From contig JALVYU010000003.1 in NCBI GenBank assembly GCA_027022365.1, positions 1-47,191 of the forward strand: a stretch of 47,191 nt of DNA. Direction: 5' to 3'. Each line of letters begins with the position of its first letter. Positions within the stretch are counted from its first letter, which is position 1. The notes beneath the pieces are model-generated. The model was not told the DNA's origin. It did not search any database and was given only the letters and a program-made list of their open reading frames with translations. Shown here in pieces: positions 38,735-47,191 of the stretch. Source of the DNA: Desulfurococcales archaeon. GTDB taxonomy: Archaea; Thermoproteota; Thermoprotei_A; Sulfolobales; Desulfurococcaceae. The position numbers and the translations under genes are program-made.

Positions 38735-39145
38735 ATGGAGAAAGAGCCGCGGAGTTGGCGATATTATTACGAATTAATGAAAAGCAATACCCCACTAACG
38801 ATCTATTATCCTATTTGTGGTGGGGGTGAAGAATGTATTAGTGTATGTCCTTACGGCCACGAAATATGGGAAGTTGTCCCAATGTTATCTCCCATGTTTG
38901 GCGGTAAACCGCGAGTGAGACTAAGGCCCTTCATGGCTCACCCGGAGAAATGCCAGGAATGCTATCTATGTGTCCAGGCTTGCCCTACAGGTGCACTACA
39001 CAGATCCGACCAGGAGATCAGGCATCCGTTCCTCACCCTCATTAAGAACAGTATTAAGCTGTTTTTCAAGAAACGATATGGTATCAGATGGGTTTTCAGA
39101 AAAGAGCACAGGGAGAAATTCAAAAGAAATAATCCTAAGGAATAA
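38735..39145 (+). CDS. Ferredoxin-like 4Fe-4S binding protein
   Basis: CGGGEECISVCP and CQECYLCVQACP. Likely start is ATG 38735 after GTGAGG; the upstream ORF extension to 38534 looks non-coding. Confidence 0.8.
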   Translation: MEKEPRSWRYYYELMKSNTPLTIYYPICGGGEECISVCPYGHEIWEVVPMLSPMFGGKPRVRLRPFMAHPEKCQECYLCVQACPTGALHRSDQEIRHPFLTLIKNSIKLFFKKRYGIRWVFRKEHREKFKRNNPKE

Positions 39146-39228
39146 AAATTAGGGGCAAAGGTGTGAATTACTAATATACGCGGTTCTCGAGATATAATTG
39201 AATTATGTGAATATGCTTCACTTTTCGG

Positions 39229-39981
39229 GTGTGGCTGTTGGGTGTGACGGGCGTTATTCTTGCAGGTGGCGAGGGTAAGAGGTTTAGGCCTTATACCGAG
39301 ATCGTTCCTAAGCCCATGATACCTATTGGTTGGCCCGAGAAACCTGTTCTAGAATACATTGTCGAGTGGATGGTCAAGCACGGGATCAAGGACATAGTTC
39401 TTCTCGTCAACTACAAGTGGAGGTACATAGCCAACTACTTCGGGGACGGCTCAAAATATAGCGCGAGGATCAGGTACTGTATAGATGATGAGAAATATAC
39501 AAACACAGGCGGTGCCCTACTAAAAGCCTATCATGAAGGCCTCCTCGACGAGACAGCCTTCATATGGTATGGAGACATACTAGCCCCAGTCCCCGTCAAA
39601 GAAATACTTGAGTTCCATGAGGAGACAGGGGCGGACGCTGTACTCGTCATAACGGATAGGTATAAAGTACCCGTTGGTATTGCCAGGCTCGACGAGAAGA
39701 ACAATGTTGTTGAGATGCATGAGAAGCCTGAGCTAAACATCCATGCAACAATAGGTATTTTGAGCCTAAAGACGTACGTCCTGAGAGAAGCCGAGGAATC
39801 TCTTGGTACGAGATTCGATATTATGGGTGAGCTCATACCATACATGATAAAGAATGGCCGGAAGGTGAAGGCATACATATATGAGGGGCCATGGTATGAT
39901 GTAGGGAGCCTTGAGAGATATAAGAAGATAGACGTTAACGAGATTCCCGAGCTATTCGGGCTCAAGAGGAATAGCTCTTAG
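39229..39981 (+). CDS. Sugar-phosphate nucleotidyltransferase family protein
   Basis: ILAGGEGKRFRPYT, PKPM, NTGG, YGD, EKP and WYDVG. Confidence 0.92.
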   Translation: MWLLGVTGVILAGGEGKRFRPYTEIVPKPMIPIGWPEKPVLEYIVEWMVKHGIKDIVLLVNYKWRYIANYFGDGSKYSARIRYCIDDEKYTNTGGALLKAYHEGLLDETAFIWYGDILAPVPVKEILEFHEETGADAVLVITDRYKVPVGIARLDEKNNVVEMHEKPELNIHATIGILSLKTYVLREAEESLGTRFDIMGELIPYMIKNGRKVKAYIYEGPWYDVGSLERYKKIDVNEIPELFGLKRNSS

Positions 39982-41331
39982 TTCTACCACTCTTTCAGCC
40001 CACCTGCCCGACAACGCCCACACCACGGTTATTATCCCGACAACAGCATTGCTTATAGCCATAGCTGTCCATACGCCGTCAGGCCCCAGCATTAGCCATA
40101 GCGCCAATATGTAGGATAGCAGTATTCTGAGCAACCATAGCCTCATGATCGATAATACTGCGAAGAACTTGGTGTGACCCGAACCACTAGCAATTGCTCC
40201 TCCTATCGTGAACAAGCCGAAGAACGGTACGCTCCATATGAATATACTGATTAACCTACTACCCACCGATACGACTTTCGGGTCTGCTATGAAGAATGCA
40301 ACGAGCGGTTGTCTGAACAAGTATATCAGTATTGCGCCTGTTCCCAATAGGAGAAATATTATTGTCATCGTTGCAAAAGCTATCTTCTTAGCCCTATTGT
40401 ACTTCTCCGCCCCTATATTCTGCCCAATCATGACGGATGCCGCTCTGTTTAGAGCCCATGCGAGTGAGCTCATGACCTTTATTATACGGCTAGCTAAACC
40501 ATAGGCTGCAACTACTGGTGAGCCATAAACCGATACCAAGCTCATCATTATGGTGAAGCCTAGAGAATTGGAGGATCTCTGGATGGCCATGGGGGCTCCT
40601 ATGCTGACGGTCTTCTTTAACCACCACTTCTCTATTCTAAGATCCTTCATTGTTATCTTTAATCCGTGATACCCGCGTGTTAGGAGTCTGATCCCCGCGA
40701 ACGATATTACCGTCCTCGATAGGATAGTCGCCATGGCCGCTCCTACAACTCCCAGAATTGGTAGGCCGAGCCAGCCGAAGATGAATATGGGGTCTAGAAC
40801 CATGTTTGTCACGGATGATATGATGTTGAGTATTGTCGGGGTCCTAGTGTCTCCCAGACTATTAGCTATAGTGTTAAAAGCGAAGCCTATAAAGCTGATC
40901 GGTATCCCGGCGAATATAACTCTGAGGTAAGATACCGCATAGGGATATATGTCTAGGGGGACACGCATTAGCTGTAAGAAAAACGGGGACAGGAGAACAC
41001 CTAGCGTACTCAGAACCACTGACATCATGAGCATAAAGGCGAGCATGTTACCCGCCGAGCGATTAGCTGATTCAAAATCTCCTGCTCCTATGTACTGTGC
41101 AATCAGGGATATCCCGGCCATTGCAAAGCCCATACCAAGGCTGTAGAACAGCATTATTAGGGGGAAAGATACTGTTGGTGCTCCGAATGCTTGTCTTCCG
41201 AGTTTGCCTAGCCAGTAAGCATCTACTATATTGTATGATGTATTGACGAGATTCGCGATTATTATGGGCCATGATAGCCAGAAGAGTGTGCGTAGTATGC
41301 TGCCTGTTAATATTCTGTTCCTTAGCTTCAT
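39952..41331 (-). CDS. MATE-family efflux transporter
   Basis: Twelve-TM pattern; NIVDAYWLGKLG, GDTRTP, NMVLDPIFI, GVVGAAMAT and GQNIGA. Likely start is ATG 41331 (MKLRNRILTG). Confidence 0.92.
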   Translation of the reverse strand: MKLRNRILTGSILRTLFWLSWPIIIANLVNTSYNIVDAYWLGKLGRQAFGAPTVSFPLIMLFYSLGMGFAMAGISLIAQYIGAGDFESANRSAGNMLAFMLMMSVVLSTLGVLLSPFFLQLMRVPLDIYPYAVSYLRVIFAGIPISFIGFAFNTIANSLGDTRTPTILNIISSVTNMVLDPIFIFGWLGLPILGVVGAAMATILSRTVISFAGIRLLTRGYHGLKITMKDLRIEKWWLKKTVSIGAPMAIQRSSNSLGFTIMMSLVSVYGSPVVAAYGLASRIIKVMSSLAWALNRAASVMIGQNIGAEKYNRAKKIAFATMTIIFLLLGTGAILIYLFRQPLVAFFIADPKVVSVGSRLISIFIWSVPFFGLFTIGGAIASGSGHTKFFAVLSIMRLWLLRILLSYILALWLMLGPDGVWTAMAISNAVVGIITVVWALSGRWAERVVELRAIPLEPE

Positions 41332-41359
41332 TAGGTCTTTTCTTGTTTTTCTCCTGAGC

Positions 41360-41397
41360 AATATATTCCACCGGAATATATTCGGGTAAAATATATT
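41360..41397. promoter_or_regulatory. Candidate PadR operator in the MATE/padR divergent promoter
   Basis: AATATATT at 41360, 41375 and 41390 (15-bp period). 41360-41382 is AATATATTCC-ACC-GGAATATATT, a perfect inverted repeat. Confidence 0.65.
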
Positions 41398-41433
41398 TGA
41401 GAAGAAAATAAATACCTTACTCAGTGACCGCAA

Positions 41434-41886
41434 ATGAAGACCAGAAACAGAGAGACACAACCAAGGAAAGCGTACAGGAGCGCCCTAAGAATACATGTTC
41501 TAGGCATTATTATTAGGAATAAGAATATCCACGGCTATGGCATCTACAAGAAGATCCTCGGCAATACAAGGCTTATCAAGAGATTTGGTAAACCAAGTAT
41601 AGGAACGATATATAGAGTGCTCAATAGTCTAGTCGAAGAAGGACTAGTCACGAGAGAAGAAAAGAAGGTAGGTGGTAGAACCCTCTATTTCTATACACCT
41701 ACTAAGAAGGGGATGGAGGAATTCGCCAGGATATGTGAAGTCTTCCTTGATAAGACCGCATCAGGCATAAAAATGATCCTATCGTCTCTCCCAGCCCTGT
41801 ACGGGTCTGGTATTGACGTGAATGGTATTATTGAGAGACTCGAAGAGATAGAGAAGATTATCAGAGAGTTTTTGGTCAAGGAATAA
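41434..41886 (+). CDS. PadR-family transcriptional regulator
   Basis: HGYGI, PSIGTIYRVLNSLVEEGLV and R...Y..TKKG. Confidence 0.9.
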   Translation: MKTRNRETQPRKAYRSALRIHVLGIIIRNKNIHGYGIYKKILGNTRLIKRFGKPSIGTIYRVLNSLVEEGLVTREEKKVGGRTLYFYTPTKKGMEEFARICEVFLDKTASGIKMILSSLPALYGSGIDVNGIIERLEEIEKIIREFLVKE

Positions 41887-43231
41887 CTACTCGCTCGGGC
41901 AGGGGCTCACGAAGACATTCTTCCACCATCCTGCATGGGACGTTCATTACGAATGCCCATGTTATCTTGTGTGCTGTTAACAGTCCTTTACGAGTTAGCA
42001 AGATCTTGTTGTCCTCTTCTTTGATATCACCGGTTAGTTTGAGGGTTTTCAGAAACCACTTGAAACCTGTCCTGCCTATAAGTTCTTCAAATGATTGGTT
42101 GAACTTATATTCAAACTTCTTCTTGTCGAGGCTACGGCATATGAATAACCGGCATGTAGTGTACCTTATCGCCCGCTCTTCCAGACTAACCGTTCTCGCA
42201 AACGCAACTGGTAGTTTATCCCTCGATAAGAGATCTCCGTACGTGTCCGGGTAGCATGTGTTCTGGTACTCGTAAGCACCTGTGAACCCCATTGCTCCTG
42301 CCCCGAATCCGAGGAGCGGGCCCTCCATCTCATAGTTGACGGTAACGTATTTCCAGTCCGGATGCCTGCTGTACCCATATATCTCGAGGCCTATGTAGTT
42401 TCTCCGAGGCAATAGATCCTCGGCTGCATACACCATTTGCTTAAAGACATTCATACTTGGTTGTTCCGGTAGTCTGCCTTCCCTAATCATCTTGTAGCCA
42501 ATACTGTTCTCGAGAACCAGTGTCGGATACGCAGTTATCTCGTCGGGCCCTAGATCGGCCGCCTTATCTAAGTCTTCTATCCACTGCTGAAGACTCTGCC
42601 CCGGGATCATGTACATGAGGTCGATATTGATGTATTTAGCACCAGCGTTCCTAAGATTATCATATGCTTTAATCGAGTCTTCAACGCTATGCCTCCTGCC
42701 CAGTCTTGAGAGTAGCTCTGGGTGGAAAGACTGGAAGCCTAAGCTGAACTCGTTTATTCCCGCGTCCACTAGTTCGTATGCGGTCTCTTCATCCTTGAGA
42801 TCCTCGGGGTTCGCCTCGATTGCTATGGTGGGTTTTGCGTCAAAGGATGATGTTATTTCTTCTATTATTTCTCTCCAGTATTTTGCAGGGACAAGGCTGG
42901 GCGTGCCGCCTCCTGCATGGATATCTATTATCCTCAGATTTTTGTCCCGGAGAAGCTCGCCATAAATCCTTATTTCTTTCTTTAAGTATTTGACGTACTT
43001 GCCTATGATCTCATCTATCTTGTTCCTAGATATCGGGTGCCGCGCATAAGGGCAGAACCAGCATGTCCCAGTACAATAAGGTATGTGTATGTAGGCTGCT
43101 GTTTCTTCCTCGTTAAGGGTACCGATAATATTTTCTCTTATCGATTCATCGCTCGGCCTCGTATACTCGGCCTTGAATACTCTCCTAGACATGGTGTTCC
43201 AGAAGCCTAGGCTCCTAGGGACAAGAATCAT
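41876..43231 (-). CDS. HemN-like radical SAM protein
   Basis: YIHIPYCTGTCWFCPY, GGGTPS, EANP, SLGFQSF, LGRRH, NIDLMY and LGFGAGA. Confidence 0.9.
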   Translation of the reverse strand: MILVPRSLGFWNTMSRRVFKAEYTRPSDESIRENIIGTLNEEETAAYIHIPYCTGTCWFCPYARHPISRNKIDEIIGKYVKYLKKEIRIYGELLRDKNLRIIDIHAGGGTPSLVPAKYWREIIEEITSSFDAKPTIAIEANPEDLKDEETAYELVDAGINEFSLGFQSFHPELLSRLGRRHSVEDSIKAYDNLRNAGAKYINIDLMYMIPGQSLQQWIEDLDKAADLGPDEITAYPTLVLENSIGYKMIREGRLPEQPSMNVFKQMVYAAEDLLPRRNYIGLEIYGYSRHPDWKYVTVNYEMEGPLLGFGAGAMGFTGAYEYQNTCYPDTYGDLLSRDKLPVAFARTVSLEERAIRYTTCRLFICRSLDKKKFEYKFNQSFEELIGRTGFKWFLKTLKLTGDIKEEDNKILLTRKGLLTAHKITWAFVMNVPCRMVEECLREPLPERVVIP

Positions 43232-43390
43232 TGTTAAGCACCCTGTGCGCCGTGTAATGTATCTTGGATATTATTTTATATAGTTGGTGCTATTGTTATT
43301 TGTTACAGGTGCACATAATCATATCTATGCTAACTTATAACACCATAATAGACTACGAGATACATGTGTCCTAACGACTAGTGCTAGGAC

Positions 43391-43744
43391 CTATTTTCTG
43401 AGCCTTAACCTGAGGCCTAGTCTCTGAAGCCTAATGAAGTCTTTGTCTCTTGTGACTAGTTCAAGGTTATTTGCAATGGCTGTAGCGGCTATTAATAGGT
43501 CGGCGTCGGGTATAATTTCTCCTCTATGTCTGAGTTCCTGGTATAACTCGCAGTACTTCAGTATGGTTTTATTATCTATTCCTAATAAGTCATACACGGA
43601 TTCAAGTAGCTGTTTAGTTTTTTCTCTTTTATCGGGCGGAACGCCTCTGAGCACTTCTATAAGTGTTATCGTAGAGATCGCTCCTTCCTCGAACACTCCC
43701 CTTCTAAGGTCATCAATCACTATTGATGTATCTAGCAGTTTCAT
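43391..43744 (-). CDS. vapC: VapC PIN-domain toxin
   Basis: LLDTS, E, DLLIAATA and LVTRDKDF. Confidence 0.93.
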   Translation of the reverse strand: MKLLDTSIVIDDLRRGVFEEGAISTITLIEVLRGVPPDKREKTKQLLESVYDLLGIDNKTILKYCELYQELRHRGEIIPDADLLIAATAIANNLELVTRDKDFIRLQRLGLRLRLRK

Positions 43745-43980
43745 CTTAATCTGAACCTCTCCCTGAATTCCTTGCTCGATCTCTTTATGGCTTCCAGGTC
43801 TTCGGGGCTAAGCAGTCTCCTTAGCTCTTCGAAAGCTTTTCTCTTCTTATAGATGCTCGCGTACCTGTATAGCTCGAGGAGGTATTCGCTCCAGTCTTTC
43901 TCTTTTTTGTCTTTCTCAAGTATTTCTTTAACTTCTCGAAGAACCGATATAGTTGCATATTTTCTCAACTTTATCACCAT
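43741..43980 (-). CDS. vapB: VapB-type antitoxin
   Basis: RHH-like TISV...KE.L....WSEYL; 4-nt overlap with vapC. Confidence 0.8.
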   Translation of the reverse strand: MVIKLRKYATISVLREVKEILEKDKKEKDWSEYLLELYRYASIYKKRKAFEELRRLLSPEDLEAIKRSSKEFRERFRLR

Positions 43981-43984
43981 GTAG

Positions 43985-44008
43985 TTATATAGCTATATCG
44001 CTATATAA
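43985..44008. promoter_or_regulatory. Candidate VapBC autoregulatory operator
   Basis: TTATATAGC-N6-GCTATATAA perfect inverted repeat immediately upstream of vapB. Confidence 0.6.
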
Positions 44009-44022
44009 TGATTATTACTCAG

Positions 44023-44898
44023 TCATTTTTCCGGAAGCACGTAGATAATAATTCCTATAATGATCAAGGAGACTATTGATACTAGACCAACTGGTAATGT
44101 GTATATCTCGTCTAGTCCTGGATAGGTCAGCATCATCAATCCTCCGAGGGCGTTAAGTGTTCCATGCATGATGGCCGGTGATAGTAATGATGAGGAGCGG
44201 TGTCTTAGTATGTAGAGTATGAAGGAACAAGCTGTTGTGAAAGCCGTGTATGTAATGACCCCTATTATGTCTGGGTGGTGCGGGAGGCTGTATTTGAGGT
44301 AAACTATTAGGTCTGCATGCCATAATCCCCATATGATCCCGGTTATTATTGAGGCTGCTACAAGGCCGTACCTGGGCGTTAAAGCCCTGTACATTAGTCC
44401 TCTCCACCCAGTCTCTTCTCCAATGGCCAGCACTGCGTTGATAGTTAGTCCCGCTATGGCTGCTGATACTAGCTGGATGATCAGGTACATCATAGGAGCA
44501 GATCTAATCATTGCTGCGGTAGCGGGACTAACCCCAGGGAGGCTCGTCACGACCAGCAGGGGGTTCTTGGGCGGATATCCGGCAACATACAGTATTGCCG
44601 CTCCTAAGCCGTAGAGAATATATGGGACTGCGAGGCCTAGCGGGATATATTTTATTTTTCCCAGCCTCAAGCCAAGATCCTTCAAGCCATCGATAATCGG
44701 TACCCCGATGATCCTGAGGGCTACGATAGAGCCTAGGAACGGCATCAGCATCCTAATGGAAGCAAGGAATTCAAAGTAACTTCTAGGCAATAATCCTGTG
44801 ATCAATGGAATATCCAATAAGTAGGCCGTGGTAAAAGTTATGATAACATATATGGATAAGGCCTTAAGAGACATCATTGCTTCTATTTGCTGGTTCAA
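44023..44898 (-). CDS. CPBP (CAAX/Abi) family intramembrane metalloprotease
   Basis: EETGWRG, WGLWH and HGTLN motifs; multiple TM helices. Confidence 0.92.
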   Translation of the reverse strand: MNQQIEAMMSLKALSIYVIITFTTAYLLDIPLITGLLPRSYFEFLASIRMLMPFLGSIVALRIIGVPIIDGLKDLGLRLGKIKYIPLGLAVPYILYGLGAAILYVAGYPPKNPLLVVTSLPGVSPATAAMIRSAPMMYLIIQLVSAAIAGLTINAVLAIGEETGWRGLMYRALTPRYGLVAASIITGIIWGLWHADLIVYLKYSLPHHPDIIGVITYTAFTTACSFILYILRHRSSSLLSPAIMHGTLNALGGLMMLTYPGLDEIYTLPVGLVSIVSLIIIGIIIYVLPEK

Positions 44899-44912
44899 TT
44901 ATTTCAGCCCAG

Positions 44913-44939
44913 AAAATACCTCGGAGTCCGAGGTATTTT
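44913..44939. promoter_or_regulatory. Perfect 13-bp inverted repeat upstream of the CPBP gene
   Basis: AAAATACCTCGGA-G-TCCGAGGTATTTT. Confidence 0.6.
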
Positions 44940-45254
44940 AGTGTAATGTTTAGATTACAAACCTAGATTTATCGAGGTCTCTAATATTATTCTAGAAATG
45001 ATTTTATTCATCATCCAGTAAGGATCTGCTTTTTGCACTCCTGGTGCTCTCATCGATATATGAAATACCTGTCTTTATCAGAAGATATATGACATTATAT
45101 CAGATCTATTTTTCACCGATAAAAAATATTAAATAAGACAACACCTAAGCCGTAATGTATTCGCTATAAGACATAAAGAACTACCATCCTATAGGAAAAA
45201 TATTATCTATTATCGCTATGATAAGCAGAATACATAGGATCATGTTTTTCTATG

Positions 45255-45494
45255 CTAATTTCTCTCAACGATTGTTACAAGATCTCCATGCTCGTTGAGC
45301 CAAATCTCAATGAGATGCTCCCGGCCATCTCTGTGTAAATGTGTTTTTACTCTGATCACAATATGCCGTCCTATTTTCTCGGCATTATGTATTCGATGCT
45401 TCTTGAACCCATTACCATAAGCACGTTCAAGGTGTCTCCTAGCTATCCTGTGAAGCTCCTCCAAGGAGGAGTAAAGCTTCAATTCTTTCACCAA
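45255..45494 (-). CDS. Small basic His-rich hypothetical protein
   Basis: A 79-aa ORF with protein-like composition, GC-richer than the surrounding AT-rich DNA; helix followed by predicted beta strands. Confidence 0.55.
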   Translation of the reverse strand: MVKELKLYSSLEELHRIARRHLERAYGNGFKKHRIHNAEKIGRHIVIRVKTHLHRDGREHLIEIWLNEHGDLVTIVERN

Positions 45495-45886
45495 GTAATA
45501 CTTTGTATTAGGGAAAATTAAGCCTGTCTATTCATTTACGAAATTAGCTTAGTAGTTTTCAGTAATAATGGCGCTAGTGGCATGCATGGTTTAGAATGTC
45601 AATTATAAATTAATGTTATGTGTACTCGGATAAGATCTAGTAATCTAAATCTAGGAACCCAATTATATGCATAAATGTTCATAATTTACAAGATTTTACA
45701 AGATTCCTATGAGTAAGGTGGTGATTAATCTATGTCTTTAAGTAATAAAGTTCTCTTATTCTAGGATGATAAAAATGCAATGAACTCGATTATTTCAAGG
45801 CTTTAATAAGTATCTGGAGGTATTTAGAGACATATATAGAGGATATAGTTTAGTTTGAACGTTTAAATATCATTTAGGTGATGCTC

Positions 45887-46210
45887 ATGGTTAACGACCG
45901 TGTTGTAGGTGGCGGGCTCGTCGCATTATCTGTTATAGTCATCATAGTCTATAACACGTTATTGTTCCTCCCCATGTTCAAGGGAATAGACATACTGCTC
46001 CTCAAACTAACAGCAGCCGTGGCAGTAACAGTGGCATTCGCGTTGCTTGGATGGATAGGATACACTCTAGCAACAACCCCTCCGCCAAAGCCGATAGAGG
46101 AAATAGAGAAGGAGCTTGAAAAGGAGCTTAAGAAGCTAGAAGCAGAGATCAAGAAGGGCGAGAGGAAAGAGGAGGCAAGTGGAAAAGGAGAAGAGCCCGC
46201 CCAGCAATAA
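45887..46210 (+). CDS. Conserved archaeal two-TM protein with charged C-terminal tail
   Basis: Two TM helices, WIGYTLATTPPPKPIEEIEKE motif; GGTGA RBS before ATG 45887. Confidence 0.78.
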   Translation: MVNDRVVGGGLVALSVIVIIVYNTLLFLPMFKGIDILLLKLTAAVAVTVAFALLGWIGYTLATTPPPKPIEEIEKELEKELKKLEAEIKKGERKEEASGKGEEPAQQ

Positions 46211-46300
46211 TTGTTGTAATCGAACCACGCTATAAGCGAAGATAGAGGCTTTGATGCCATGACAATAATAGTTTACGGCTGTGGCCCTCAATCTAATCTA

Positions 46301-46960
46301 TCATAACATGTTCTTGAGTTCGATAATCTCATCTATCACGACGTCGGGCCTACATCTTGCCGAGTTCCTCGGCGCCCACGGTCTTCTAACAAGAACGAAT
46401 ACCATCCCAGAATTCTTCGCAGCCAGACAATCGACAAGGGAGTCACCAACATATAGTGCTTGACTGGGCTCCACATCAAGTTTCTCAAGGGCTCTCAGGA
46501 GCAGATACGGGTCCGGCTTACCGGGTGCTCCCTCTTCATAGCACTGGATGACGTCGAAATAATCTCTTATACCGAAGTACTCGAGGAACTCGTATGTTCT
46601 ATCGGCGTGAGATGATGTAACGAGGCCGAGCCTGTATCCCTTGTTTCGAAGATACTCTAAAGTCTCTTTGACCCCTGGGTAGAGCTTCACGTCTTCACGC
46701 CATGTCTTCTCCCCACAAATTCTAGCCAGCCTATAAACCTCCTCCAATAGTTCACGCTCCTCCTCAGATGAAGCGATCCTTGCCATTATATCATCGGCTG
46801 TCCTGCCGAGATAATTATATATTTGTTCCCGCGTCACAGGTATGCCTTTCTGCCTGAAAGCCCATACCCAGCAACGAACAATATTATCAACACTATCAAT
46901 GATCGTACCATCCATATCGAATAACACAGCTCTGACGCTGTCAAACCTTGTTACAACCAA
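46301..46960 (-). CDS. HAD-superfamily hydrolase (phosphoglycolate phosphatase/PpaX-like)
   Basis: FDMDGT, LVTS, KPDP and YVGDS..D motifs. Confidence 0.93.
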   Translation of the reverse strand: MVVTRFDSVRAVLFDMDGTIIDSVDNIVRCWVWAFRQKGIPVTREQIYNYLGRTADDIMARIASSEEERELLEEVYRLARICGEKTWREDVKLYPGVKETLEYLRNKGYRLGLVTSSHADRTYEFLEYFGIRDYFDVIQCYEEGAPGKPDPYLLLRALEKLDVEPSQALYVGDSLVDCLAAKNSGMVFVLVRRPWAPRNSARCRPDVVIDEIIELKNML

Positions 46961-47191
46961 TCACGCATACACCTCTATAGATCTGAATGATTAATACAGG
47001 ATAATATTAAGTCTATGGGGAGAACAACATATATAAGAATGTCCAAAATTTTCTTTTGCCGAGCATCCTAGAAGGACAACTAGAAGCAATTAGGGCTATC
47101 AGGGGGTTCTCACACGCTGAAAACGTCAGATATATAGGATAACTCTTACAGCTATAAGAATTGACAATGTGCTGAGAATGGTGACTTGGCC

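Noticed and set aside
41332-41460. N-terminal extension of the MATE ORF
   Set aside because: It runs through the divergent promoter and into padR; the MATE pattern begins at ATG 41331.
44940-45870. AT-rich region as a replication origin
   Set aside because: No ORB-like repeats seen and no orc1/cdc6 gene adjacent.
46961-47191. Possible truncated gene at the window end
   Set aside because: Only short frames without recognisable motifs; not supportable from this window.

Overview
A 47 kb archaeal chromosome window. The gene content, GGTG/GGAGG ribosome-binding sites, many TTG/GTG starts and AT-rich intergenic spacers suggest a hyperthermophilic crenarchaeote of Desulfurococcales/Staphylothermus type; this is an inference. 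From left to right it holds Thr-stalked, membrane-anchored surface hydrolases, a LOG-family protein, a CUT1 sugar ABC operon and a multiply interrupted pseudogene. Next come a Na+-pumping oxaloacetate decarboxylase (oadA / oadB-oadG) split by an inverted sufS, a fucose-isomerase-like gene with thiL, and DUF438 with an HTH regulator. These are followed by an inactive-RadA / small protein / PolB2 operon, a box C/D sRNA, an NhaC transporter with a divergent ACT protein, and a giant FG-GAP + transglutaminase-like surface protein. The right part carries an HD phosphohydrolase divergent from a multi-TM HEPN-like protein and a PTP-HD fusion, then an aminotransferase, ferredoxin, nucleotidyltransferase, MATE/PadR, a HemN-like radical SAM, VapBC, a CPBP protease and a HAD hydrolase. 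The best leads are: (1) the HD / TM-HEPN(RNxxxH) / PTP-HD trio as a candidate defence or stress-signalling system; (2) the PolB2 'mutasome-like' operon, preceded by a near-perfect match to the Sulfolobales DNA-damage-responsive element as I recall it; (3) a C/D sRNA absent from the ORF track, whose D guide fits the wobble U of a tRNA-Val(UAC) anticodon loop; (4) several perfect palindromic operator candidates, some beside their likely regulators. I saw no rRNA, tRNA, CRISPR array or transposase. All assignments come from reading motifs by eye; no database search was run.
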